Source: Octopus vulgaris
Taxonomy: Eukaryota
DNA: 64,000 nucleotides
Direction of reading: 5' to 3'
NCBI GenBank assembly: GCA_951406725.2
Contig: OX597819.1
Span: forward strand, 7,626,001 to 7,690,000
Shown: piece after piece, positions 51,873 to 63,880 of the stretch
Numbering within the stretch: the stretch's first letter is position 1
How the letters are laid out: each line of letters begins with the position of its first letter
Notes under the pieces: generated by a model
Database searches by the model: none
Seen by the model: only the letters and a program-made list of their open reading frames with translations
Told to the model about the DNA's origin: nothing
Translations under genes and position numbers: made by a program

Positions 51873-52507
51873 TCGCGTCTATACACGCACGCACACACAC
51901 ACACACTAAAGCTAATGTGATATTTGTGATGAGCGCTGTGCAACAGAGTATAAACGAAGAGCTGGCTCTGTTTAATCTTCTATCTTATTTAGTAGCGCTA
52001 AACTAATCTCACTGAATGCACCACATGTCTTGCCATTTGTTATTTTCTTAAAGAATATCAATACTTTTCTTAGTGTTTTTATTTCTTATTTGAAAATCTT
52101 TCATGCTAGTCTCTATATAACAAATCACATTTTCTTGAAGTTCAATTAAGAAGTGCTGAGAGGGAAAAAAGTGGCTATAAAGATTAAAATATTATTGCTA
52201 CAGGATAAAAAATAATAATAAATTAACTTATTGCTGTTTTTGAACAATCCGCCACTTTGGCTCTCTTCGATCGATCTTCTTGGAAAAATTATGGCGTTAT
52301 TTCTCAATGTAACAAGTATTTCTTTTTTTTTTTGTTATTTGTAGTCCAGGAGAAGCGATAGAATCTGGTGGATATTTCTTCGGCAGGAATTGTCGAATGA
52401 TTGCGAAACGCTGTTTTGCCTATTGCTGGATTCGAACTCCATACGGGAAATCATACTAATATCTCTAGAAATTGTTAGTCCATGTTTTACTGATGGCGTC
52501 TAATAAT

Positions 52508-52742
52508 ACCTATTTCTTTACTACCCACAAGGGGCTAAACACAGAGAGGACAAACAAGGACAGACAAACGGATTAAGTTGATTATATCGACCCCAGTGCG
52601 TAACTGGTACTTATTTAATCGACTCCGAAAGGATGAAAGGCAAAGTCGACCTCGGCGGAATTTGAACTCAGAACGTAACGACAGACGAAATACCGCTAAG
52701 CATTTCGCCCGGCGTGCTAACGATTCCGCCAGCTCGCCGCCT
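52508..52742 (-). mobile_element. SINE family 2 copy
   Basis: Match to 63649-63880. Confidence 0.88.
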
Positions 52743-53184
52743 TATGCACAGAGCTGTCTCCGTATTGCTAAAGAACTTATATAGGTGAAGAAATGAGACT
52801 GGGATCATTCAAACCTGCTCCAATGACAAATGCTGTTCTATATCTGAGTGAATTTAATCAATTTAAATTCAGGATCGTCTGCACTGCCTTTTTTGATAAG
52901 AATTAGCCAAGTAGATTACTGTTGTAGCAATATTGTTTTCTTCATTGCTATCTTCACTGTTTGAGAAAAACATTAAGAATGATCTCGTTTGAGATTACAA
53001 ACATCTTTGGCTAGTTTAACGTTGTTGTGTCCACTGATCTGATTGGTTAGCATCTAAGCGCGGTCTGTCTCTCTACCTACTTCGCGCCAGTGTGTAAACT
53101 GACCAATCACGGCTTTCGGATAGGACTTTTCATTTGAGCCATCTCAACTCTTTAAATAGGCTGATCATATCACGTCGGGGTCAC

Positions 53185-53424
53185 CAGTGTAAGAAATACG
53201 ACCGTATGTGAAGGTTGGTGACGAGGTAAGCCACACGGTCGCATCCCTAACGAAATAAAACAATATCTATCTCTCAAACAGTGGAACGACTTGTCAATTC
53301 ATCTATATTCTGTTGGCACTGCATTGTATAAATTGTATTTATGGCTTATCTTATTTCGTTAGGGATGCGACCGTGTGGCTTACCTCGTCACCAACCTCCA
53401 CATACGGTCGTATCTCTTACACTG
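53185..53424. mobile_element. 240-bp foldback/MITE with 74-bp inverted arms
   Basis: 53185-53258 versus 53351-53424, two mismatches. Ends CAGTG.../...CACTG, with TA on the right side only. Confidence 0.7.
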
Positions 53425-54689
53425 TAATGGCTTTTCTCATCATTATGAGTGTCCAGTATATGATTCGGAAGAGTCAGGCTCAGATTGTTTAGTCATGTCA
53501 CTCGATTTTCCGGGTTGAGGCTGGCATAGAGCGTTCTTTTTTCTGAGGGTATACTGTAACCACTCGTGTTGGTCGACCACATGCCGAATGGTCATGGTGA
53601 AGGCAGAAGTATCTCGCAAAGACGAGGACTCACTGAGATACTGCTCGGAGGTACGACCCACCCGAGCAAATACAGAAAAACGATGGATGCAGCTACGCGC
53701 TGCAACGGCGCATGCTCCCATATCTGACCTGGCTAAAAGTGTATTTATATAATTCATTAGTTCTGTTTTGTTTGTTACATCATGTATGTTAACGTTCACT
53801 TTAATATTAACAAAATACTTGCTTTTCACTTAAATCCATTTAACAACTTGTACAACAATGAACATTTGTGCCAAATCAAAAGAAACTATTTATATATGCT
53901 GCCTATTTCAATAGCTAGACTATTTAATAACAGCCGAGTTTAATAGCCACGAACACAATAGTTTCGCTAGCTGCAACTCGTGTTGCAGTTACTGCTTACT
54001 TCAAATTATTGTAATTTAACATCTAAAACATAGACGATGAAAGCAGTGCTGTATGGTGTTTTTTCTTTCTTTTTATTAGAATACGCACTACACTGCCGTG
54101 ACGAATAGTCTGGCATAAATATTACTCTAAAATACATCTTTTATCTTTTACATGTTTCAGTTATTGGACTGTGGCCATACTGGTGCACCGCCTCGAAAGG
54201 TTTAGTTCAACTTATCGACCCCAGTACTTATTTTTTTTAAAGCCTTGTACTTATTCTATCGGACCCTTTTTTACCAAACCGCTGATTTACGGGGATGTAA
54301 ACAAACTAACACCGGTTGTCAAGCGGTGGTGGTGGGAGACAAGCACAACAAATCCATAGGCACACATACATAGACACACACACACGTATATATATACGAC
54401 AGGCTTCTTTCAGTTTCCTTCCAATCAAAATCCACTCATAAGGCTTTGGTCGACTCGGAGCTATAATAGAAGACGCTTGCCGAAGGTACTGCACAGTGCG
54501 ATTTAACCCAATAATTTGTGGTTAGGAAACAAGCCTCTTACCCACACAGCCACGCCTGCGCCTTATATAACTTACTTTTTGTGTCTGAGTTTGCTTTGCT
54601 CGATTTGAAAAATCACGACCGGATTCTATCTTGACGACACTGATCGTTACATTACTGTCTCGAGTCCTAAGACTATTACTATTTTTTTA

Positions 54690-55098
54690 CTATTTTACTT
54701 GTTTCAGTCATTTGACTGCGGCCATGCTGGAGCACCGCCTTTAGTCGAGCAAATCGACCCCGGGACTTATTCTTTTGTAAGCCCAGTACTTATTCTATCG
54801 GTCTCTTTTGTCGAACCGCTAAGTGACGGGGACGTAAACACACCAGCATCGGTTGTCAAGCAATGCTAGGGGGACAAACACAGACGCACAAACACACACA
54901 CACACAAACACACATATATATATATACATATATACGACAGGCTTCTTTTCTGTTTCCGTCTACCAAATCCACTCACAAGGCATTGGTCGGCCCGGGGCTA
55001 TAGCAGAAGACACTTGCCCAAGATGCCACGCAGTGGGACTGAACCCGCAACCATGTGGTTGGTTAGCAAGCTACTTACCACACAGCCACTCCTGCGCC
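54690..55098 (-). mobile_element. SINE family 1 copy
   Basis: Match to 1517-1925. Confidence 0.9.
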
Positions 55099-55586
55099 TA
55101 GTAGACTTTTTGATCTGGTTTTCATGGCGTATAAGTGGCCGAGCTCAAAACATAACCCCTGAACGGGACACCAGCCCATCGCAGGGTAACTCAGTTACAG
55201 TTGAGTGAACTGGGGGCAACATGAAATGAAGTGCTTTGCTCATGAAACAACGCACCGCTTGGTCGGCTAGTCGAAAACCATGATCTAGCATGCAACACCC
55301 TAACCACAAAACCACGCGCCCTCGAAGAAAATCAGTTTCACTTAAGGAATTTTAAACGAATTTACAGCGTAGAAACTTAAGGAACACAGGATAATGCAGG
55401 TGGAAATGTCACTTTTCACTCTTTATTTTTGTTATCTTCCATTATCTTGTCATCTGTTCAATATCATTTCATGATATAATTAACTGTAGGGTGTGCATTA
55501 CTATCTCATAACAACTACCATAATATCTCATAAGACACATCAAAAAATTTACCTTTCCATAAAGCTCCATGATTATGTTAGTGGAT

Positions 55587-55967
55587 GGAAGCACTCCGTC
55601 GGTTCCGACGACGAGGGTTCCGGTTGATCCGAATCAACGGAACAGCTTGCTCGTGAAATTAACGTGTAAGTGGCTGAGCACTCCACAGACACGTGTACCG
55701 TTAACGTAGTTCTCGTAGATATTCAGCGGGACATAGAGAGTGACAAGGCCGGCCCTTTGAAATACAGGTACAACAGAAACAGGAAGTAAGAGTGAGAGAA
55801 AGTTGTGGTGAAAGAGTACAGCAGGGATCACCACCATCCCCTGCCGGAGCCTCGTGGAGCTTTAGGTGTTTTCGCTCAATAAACTCTCACAACGCCCGGT
55901 CTGGGAATCGAAACCGCGATCCTACGACCGTGAGTCCGCTGCCCTAACCAGTGGGCCATTGCGCCTC
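55587..55967 (-). mobile_element. SINE family 3 copy
   Basis: TSD attatgttagt. Confidence 0.88.
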
Positions 55968-56430
55968 ATTATGTTAGTAAATGAACTTATTTATGACGAC
56001 AGGCAGCGAACTGGCAGAATCGTTGGCACGCCGGGCAAACTGCTTTGCAGTATTTCCTCCGTCTGCACGTTCTGAGTTTAAATTCAACCCAAATTGAGTT
56101 TGCTTTTTTATCCTTTCGTGGTCGATAAAATAGGTACGAGTCGATGATAGTCGGCTTTGGCCTTGTGCCAAAATTTGGCACCAATATTTATGACGAACTT
56201 ATCTTTGATAAATACGCATCGCACATCTTGCATACCAAGAACAAACAAGACTGGATGAAAAGTTTTTAAGCTGGTTACAATGTCAAGACTAAAAATTAAG
56301 CAAATTCTTAAATTAGACTCACTTTCAAGTAGACATAGTAACAGTAGTAAGTGAGAGAGAGAGGGGGGGGAGAGCGGGGGGAGACTTCATGTTGTTGAGG
56401 TTTAGTCCCAGGTCAGCTATAATCAAGTAG

Positions 56431-56814
56431 GTGGAGGCGCAATGGGCCAGTGGTTAGGGTAGCGGACTCGCGGTCGTAGGATCGCGGTTTCGATTCCCAG
56501 ACCGGGCGTTGTGAGTGTTTATTGAGCGAAAACACCTAAAAGCTCCACGAGGCTCCGGCAGGGGATGGTGGTGATCCCTGCTGTACTCTTTCACCACAAC
56601 ATTCTCTCACTCTTACTTCCTGTTTCTGTTGTACCTGTATTTCAAAGGGCCGGCCTTGTCACTCTCTGTCTCACGCTGAATATCCCCGAGAACTACGTTA
56701 AGGGTACACGTGTCTGTGGAGTACTCAGTCACTTACACGTTAATTTCACGAGCAGGCTGTTCCGTTGATCGGATCAACCGGAACCCTCGTCGTCGTAACC
56801 GACGGAGTGCTTCC
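56431..56814 (+). mobile_element. SINE family 3 copy
   Basis: TSD ataatcaagtag. Confidence 0.88.
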
Positions 56815-57660
56815 ATAATCAAGTAGATTATAAAGACGTTCCAACCTAAACTGTCTCTCTTTACTTACAGCTATAATATATTTTGTTCGATATATTGTGG
56901 AGTGTATCCCATCGCTTTGTTTTTAAATAGGATAGACTATAATTCCAGGTAGATTTGGCGACTGTTAAGCATATACCTTCTATTTTGACTCACAAACAAG
57001 TTATGTTTCTGAGATCGCTTCCGAACAGATTCGATTGTTTCATCAAAATTTGAAGAGAAAACTAATATCTACTGCTTACTCTAAATCATTCGGCAGCCTT
57101 TGTACATTGTTTACAAGTTCTTATCTATATATTTTTCTATATCTTAGTGCGCCCCAAGATAAATGAAGCTTGGTGCACTGCGAAAATATTAAAATTATAC
57201 GTAAATTTGTAAAAACAGTTTCAAGCTAAAATTGTAAATATAAAGTCTGAACTATGCTTCTTTATTAAAAAAAAATTAATAATTTTCTCTAGTTTAGATT
57301 ATTTATATGTATAGCCTGTTTTATTACAATAATTTTCTTTTTTTTTATTTCATGTAGAGTTATTTAAAATATTTTTATTTAAGTGAAAACAAAGTTTAAG
57401 AGCCATTGAAGTATCTATTATACTCAGCAGTATATTCATGGCAACCAATTGAAACTGGACTTCATATACAATGAACTAACAAGAGCGCTTACGTAGTAAC
57501 CTGAAAATAGACTTTTTTATTTTACGAACAGAAGAATGTGTAATAGATCACATCCTGAATTCGGTCTGTCAGCATACCGAGTCTAATCAAATCCATGATT
57601 CCTGAATATTAATTTATTTGGTAATACTTGGCATAGCTAACGATGGACACAACACGCAAT

Positions 57661-60208
57661 TTCCTCCCTTGGGAGGCACGCACATAATAAGGCAGGCCTT
57701 ATTATGTGCGTGCCTCCCAAGGGAGGAATTTAATATAATTTTAGCGGCTAGAAAATCCTTCATACAGTTCGATGATAAGGATACCCCCAACGCGTTCGAC
57801 GTGCCAATGGGAAGCTCAGACAGCGCCCAGATAGCCGATTTGGTCGGAATCTATATTCTCTATGAATTAGCCGACCAATTCCCAGACATCTGCGGCAGTC
57901 TGTATCGAAACGATTGTCTATGTTACCTACAGAATGCTCCGAACAGTATGATACAGAAGACTAAAAACAGATTAGCTAGATTTTTTAGCAGAATGGGCAT
58001 GAGCATAGTTTTCGACGACGAACTAACTAAAGCCAACTTCTTAGATGTTACCCTAAATCTGCATAACAATTCTTACTTCCCTTACCATAAGCCTTCTATT
58101 AACCTTAAATATGTCAGCATTTTCAGTAACCATGCAAAAACTATCACCGATAATTTAGTTAAAAATATATCCTTAAGACTATCAAGTTTATCTGCGAATG
58201 TCGACGTTTTTAAACAAAAAGCGGAATTTTATAATGCCGCCTTGTCAAAAGCCGGTTATAGGGATAAGGTATCATATATCGACCCGGCCCATTCTAAACT
58301 AATATTTGCTTCTCAGGATAAGAAAACTAATAACAATAGAAATAATGTAATTAATGATTTCAGCTCTAGCAACGTCAACACTAATATAATTAACAAAAAT
58401 AATTTACGGACCAGGGGAGGCAATCGAAAACCAACACCAATTCTACAACACAGAAATACTCCCTTTAATGTAAATGTTAACACTCTGAGCCATTCTAAGT
58501 AAAAAAAACAAACTATATCTGGTTTGTCATTCCTTTCGGGAAACAAATCAGGTCTAATCTCCCTTTACAGTTCCGTGAAGCCGTAGCTAGAAACTTTCCC
58601 AGGAATTCTAGGTATTACTCTACTATCAATTCGCATAAGGTGAGGATTGCATTCTCCAACACTAGAAATCTATCGCAGATAATTGCCTCCCATAATAATA
58701 AGCTGCTAAATAAGGACTCATCACCCAAGAGTAGCAACACTGCCCTTACCAATTCCAACCTAACTTACAATAATAATAATAATATAAATAGTATTGATAT
58801 TAGCAACATTCATACAGCATTGGCGTTAACAATAGTAATAATGATAATAACATTAGCCGGATTATTAACAGTGGTGGTGTTAGTGGTAATAGTAACAGCA
58901 TTTCTAATAACAGTTGTATTATTGATGATAACAATCACAACATTCCTATAGTCAGAGAAATTGCCAACGATATTACAATTAATGGTAATGATAATAAGAT
59001 GAATAGTATCGTGGCCAATACTAGCAAAAATATTTACACCTATCATAACAATAAAAACTCTGTCTTAGTATCGGAAGTTAACCCCAACAGATTAAAGTTC
59101 TTATCCAAAAATTCCAAAATTAGAAACACCATTTACCAGTGCAAAATTTCTTCTGGAACCGATGTCTTCTACATTGGAGCAACTTCTAAATTATCCCAAA
59201 GGATCTCCAATCATTATACAACTTTCCGAGATAAGAGAAAACGACACAGCACGGGACTAAGTAAATTAGTTTGGCGTCTGAAGGACAACAATACAACTTT
59301 CAAGCTGGAATGGTCCATATTGTCGGTGTCCTTTCCGTTTGATAAGGGCAGAAAACTTTGTGGCATCTGTAATTCCGAACTTTTTCATATTTTGTTCGCC
59401 AAAGTCCCTTTAATAAATACAATCGTCGAGAGGTCATACAGGTGCATGCACTGGCAAAAACACACCTTTCACTCATATGAATAATGATTAATATAGATAA
59501 CCCCTTGAATTTTAATTATTATAACTTCTTTTTTTTATATATGTCACCCTCATAGTCGTAAAAATTTAAATTTTTTTTATACTTTCGAAGAACTACTACC
59601 CAATCCAGTGAGGTTGTTGCCTTAGTCCCTCTACCTCGCCCTCCTCTTTCTCTCTCTCCCTCTCTCTATTTCCATCTTTCTATAGTAAGCACAATCAAAC
59701 ACACAGACACAAACCTCTCACCTCACCACTGTCTGTTTTCTGACATCTACCCATCCACATACACAATCACGCATACACATACATACACACACACATTAAC
59801 GCAGTTATATACAGTCACACACACAGGCACTCATTCACAAAAGAAATTAACAAAATCCACCATTCATTTGACCTGCACCCTTTCACCTTCCTATTATTTT
59901 GCCTCTCTGCTCCAACTTCGCTTGAACCCTTGAACCTTTAGAACCTTCTAGATTCTTCTACTTTCAACCACTTTGACGTCACTCCTTATAAAGGAATATT
60001 TTAAAGAGACACTCATTACCGCTATGGGCTCCGTGTGAGCAATCATCTAAAAGTTTTTTGTGCATTTTGATGTTGACATAAGTTCCTTGCTTTTCCTGAT
60101 GAGAAAGCGGCATAATGTACTCCTTATTCCTTCGCAATTAGGAATATGCAGCCTTCGAAACATATGTCGAAAATAAAGGAATTTTGTTAATTCGTCGTTC
60201 AGCTCCAT

Positions 60209-60212
<4 letters not shown>
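57661..60212 (+). mobile_element. Penelope-like element (Naiad-like), 5'-truncated: RT, linker, GIY-YIG endonuclease, 3' terminal repeat region
   Basis: RT motifs FDVPMGSSDSAQIADLVG, YRNDCL (YRDD mutated), FLDVTLNL, PYHKP. Linker YIWFVIPF...IIASHNNKLL. Endonuclease IYQC..FYIG...RISNH...TGLSKLVW.LK...WSIL...CGICNSE, stop at 59484. A stop and frameshifts near 58500 and 58810. Confidence 0.88.
60083..60181 (+). ncRNA. Type I hammerhead ribozyme in the PLE 3' terminal region
   Basis: Stem I TTTTC/GAAAA, extended by ttcctt/aaggaa; CTGATGA at 60096-60102; long stem II closed by G-C; GAAA at 60157-60160; palindromic stem III ACATATGT; GTC cleavage triplet with C at 60168. Confidence 0.8.
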
Positions 60213-60256
<44 letters not shown>

Positions 60257-61321
60257 GTTTTGGTCTCAGATTTAAAAAAAAATTTAACTAAACAGTTTGA
60301 AACTTCGTATACTGGTGAAATTCCTCACACTGAACACGGTTTACTTTCAACAAATTTGACAAAATTTCGTATTTTAGAAGTTTATTTCGTGTTAAAGTTG
60401 TCGGATTTGGGTAATTGTAACCAGTCAACGACGTGTATTCAGCTGAAGAAAGCTACTGCTGTTTGCGATAATAATCGAAGAGCAAACAACTTCCGGGACA
60501 TCTCTGCTAAATGTCAGCACACTGTTCCATTTCCCTTTTGTTTACTGCCTGGGATGCATATTGCATGCTCTTCCTTTTTTTTTTGCTTTTCGGTCGCCTC
60601 TTTAATATTGTTCCTTGTCAATCCCCACTCCCTTTCTGTGTTCCAAGTAACGTTCAGCTGGCAATTCAATCCTTATGGCACCTTCAAACTTCGTTATTTT
60701 CCACTCTATAGCGGTACTTTTTAAATATGTTACTACATGCTACCTCTTCTTATTAGTATTTACTTATTTACGCCCCAGACCTGAACTGTCCGGGCTTGTC
60801 ATTTCCTTTGCTTCCTCCGTCTGTACACAACCACAGTCGTCCACCATTTTATCCTCCACTCTATGTTGTGATACTACTGCTGGTATATCTACCCAGTTCC
60901 TCTGTACCTCCGCTGTTTTCTCCTCTACTTCCTTCTTTCGTTTTTGGTACTCTGTCGGAGAGCTACCCCGCTCCTCTCTCTTTCGCTTATTTACAACAAT
61001 ATTTTCAAAATGGGTTGCTTCTGACTAGTGTTTGAAGCCTGCCCTATTTTTATCGGGAGTTTATGGCTCAAATTAGTATATGTTTTGAATAGGATTTGAT
61101 TGGTTGAAGATAGTCACATGCTTGTAGGTTCCCCGCTACGTCCGTGTGTGATAGTATCAAGTGACAATGTTAATCTGTGTTAATTTTGTGATTATTTTCA
61201 ACAATCAGTCGGATTTTATTTTTGCGTACCGCCTATATTGCATACTACATACTTTGTTTGCTTTTCGATCGCCTCTTTGCATTTTCACCATTCGTATCTT
61301 ATACTCCACATAAAACTTAGA

Positions 61322-61702
61322 GGCACTCCGTCGGTTACGACGATGAGGGTTCCGGTTGATCCGAATTAACAGAACAGCCTGCTCGTGAAATTAACGTGTA
61401 AGTGGCTGAGCACTCCACAGACACGTGTACCGTTAACGTAGTTCTCGGGGATATTCAGCGTGACACAGAGAGTGACAAGGCCGGCCCTTTGAAATACAGG
61501 TACAACAGAAACAGGAAGTAAGAGTGAGAGAATGTTGTGGTGAAAGAGTACAACAGGGATCACCACCATCCCCTGCCGGAGCCTCGTGGAGCTTTTAGGT
61601 GTTTTCGCTCAATAAACACTCACAACGCCTGGTCTGGGAATCGAAACCGCGATCCTCTGACCGCGAGTCCGCTGCCCTAACCACTGGGCCATTGCGCCTC
61701 CA
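61322..61702 (-). mobile_element. SINE family 3 copy
   Basis: Flanked by an acataaaact duplication. Confidence 0.88.
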
Positions 61703-62127
61703 CTACATAAAACTATATGTGTTTTTATCCCACCTTTCTCCCATTTCGTCTCTTTTCATTATTTTCTCCCCTCATAAAATCTGCTTTATCCTCTCTATTT
61801 ACTTATATTTTTTTGGCATAAATATTTATATTCATCTCCGTAGTAAGTAAACAATAACTTTTCTCTGAATATTGGAATCTATATGTTAGAACATAGAATT
61901 GATAAATAATTAATAAGTTATTGTAGCATATATAGAATTATTTTCCTCTTTTATTTCCCAAAACCATACATGTTTTTCCTCTCAAATATCTATTTCATCT
62001 CTCATTCTGTCTTTAATACCCTGACAGCCCATAACATCCCATATAATAATTAAATGACTTATTTATGTCCCTTAATCCCTTATATGTATATTTTTCAAAT
62101 ACATTATGGTATTTTAGCAAAATTTCA

Positions 62128-62337
62128 ATCTTTTACTCTTTTACTTGTTTCAGTCATTTGACTGCGGCCATGCTGGAGCACCGCCTTTAGTCGAGCAAAT
62201 CGACCCCGGGACTTATTCTTTTTGTAAGCCCAGTACTTATTCTATCGGCCTCTTTTTGCCGAACCGCTAAGTGACGGGGACGTAAACACACCAGCATCGG
62301 TTGTCAAGCAATGCTAGGGGAACAAACACACACACAA

Positions 62338-62391
<54 letters not shown>

Positions 62392-62553
62392 GACAGGCTT
62401 CTTTCAGTTTCCGTCTACCAAATCCACTCACAAGGCATTGGTCGGCCCGGGGCTATAGCAGAAGATACTTGCCCAAGGTGCCACGCTGTGGGACTGAACC
62501 CGGAACCATGTGGATGGTTAGCAAGCTACTTACCACACAGCCACGCCTGCGCC
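62128..62553 (-). mobile_element. SINE family 1 copy
   Basis: Match to 1517-1925. Confidence 0.9.
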
Positions 62554-62682
62554 ACTCCTCAATGTATAATATCTCCTCACATGAACTCGGCGTCCTAATA
62601 AATTATTTTTTACGTTTGAATATTTGAAAACACGGTCCTCAATTTAGTTTATTTCGTTGTTCAACACCTGAAGGTACACATC

Positions 62683-62785
62683 TATCCCTGAAGATATCCG
62701 ACTAAATGTGTTTTTTTTTTACATCGAAAATAGCTTATATGCTGATAATTCAAACCTAAGGCCGGATTGAAACATATGTAGGATG
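62683..62785 (+). ncRNA. Second type I hammerhead ribozyme-like motif (partly degenerate)
   Basis: Stem I TATCC/GGATG; CTGAAGA at 62688-62694; stem II ATCCG/CGGAT with a T-T closing mismatch; GAAA at 62769-62772; ACATATGT stem III; GTA triplet. Confidence 0.65.
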
Positions 62786-63038
62786 TTTTAGTTATTTTTG
62801 GGTTATTTATTTTGTTGATCAGGTCTCCTTATATCCTGAATCTTATATGTAGTACTTTTTCATAGCGATACCAATAAATTTAACCAAGTATCCACTATAT
62901 ATTTTTCTTCTCCATTTTGTTTTATTAACTATATGTGTGTGTATATATATATGTGTGTGTGTGTGCATATATATAAAGATACACAAACACACACACATAT
63001 CTATACACCTGTACGCCAGAGCGATAGCTAGAGTTCGC

Positions 63039-63079
<41 letters not shown>

Positions 63080-63514
63080 TATGGGAATACCTTAGCTTTC
63101 CCGTCCGTAAAGGGTTTAGCTGCATGGCGTATCGTCAGATCCCCAAAACCTGTTGGCCTATGACAACAATAACAACAACACCAGCAGGTACAGGACCGAC
63201 AACACACGCCAAGGAGATACATTGGATGTTCCGGGAACTCTTTTAAGCAATGTCGCTCCAACCACAGGTCCTCCTTCAGAGTTCCGGAAAGGTGATACGT
63301 AACATCACTGGCCAGCCACGTCTGTCAACTAAGAGATGATGGAATTCCATACTCGATCTCATGGAAAATCCTCGAGAACCCAGGCCCCTACATCAACGGG
63401 GCGAAGCGTTGCAAGTTATGCATAGCTGAAAGCGCAAGAATCCTAAAAGATTCACTCGATCCAGTATGGAATCCCATGAGGAACAACGGGTTATCTCTTT
63501 TTGTCTATTTATAA
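63080..63514 (+). mobile_element. PLE GIY-YIG endonuclease fragment (second Naiad-like family)
   Basis: From 63212 reads RRYIGCSGNSFKQCRSNHRSSFRVPER*YVTSLASHVCQLRDDGIPYSISWKILENPGPYINGAKRCKLCIAE. Confidence 0.8.
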
Positions 63515-63648
63515 TAAAGAGTTTGGATTAAATGACGGATAAAACAAATTTAGAAATAAATATTTGGGTGGGGATATAATAATAATAATTATTATTATGT
63601 AAGCAAAGCATACTGTATGTATGAATATAAACTATATTCCAGGCAGAA

Positions 63649-63880
63649 GGCGGCGAGCTGGCAGAAAGGTTAGCACGCCGGGCGAAATGCATAGCCGTAT
63701 TTCGTCTGCCGTTACGTTCTGAGTTCGAATTCCGCCGAGGTCGACTTTGCCTTTCATCCTTTCGGGGTCGATAAATTAAGTACCAGTTACGCACTGGGGT
63801 TGATGTAATCGACTTAATCCGTTTGTCTATCCTTGTTTGTCCCCTCTCTGTTTAGCCCCTTCTGGGTAGTAATGAAATAT
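63649..63880 (+). mobile_element. SINE family 2 copy
   Basis: TSD tatattccaggcagaa. Confidence 0.88.

Noticed and set aside
53218-53258. TGACGAG...CGAAA inside the foldback arm as a hammerhead
   Set aside because: C3 is missing and there is no stem II pairing.
56431-56505. tRNA-like heads of SINE families 1-3 as tRNA genes
   Set aside because: They are fused to SINE bodies with TSDs, and no full cloverleaf is evident.
63293-63295. In-frame TGA in the PLE endonuclease as possible selenocysteine
   Set aside because: It aligns to a basic, non-Cys position (KRKRHSTGL in the neighbouring PLE). CGA>TGA decay is simpler, and no SECIS was recognised.
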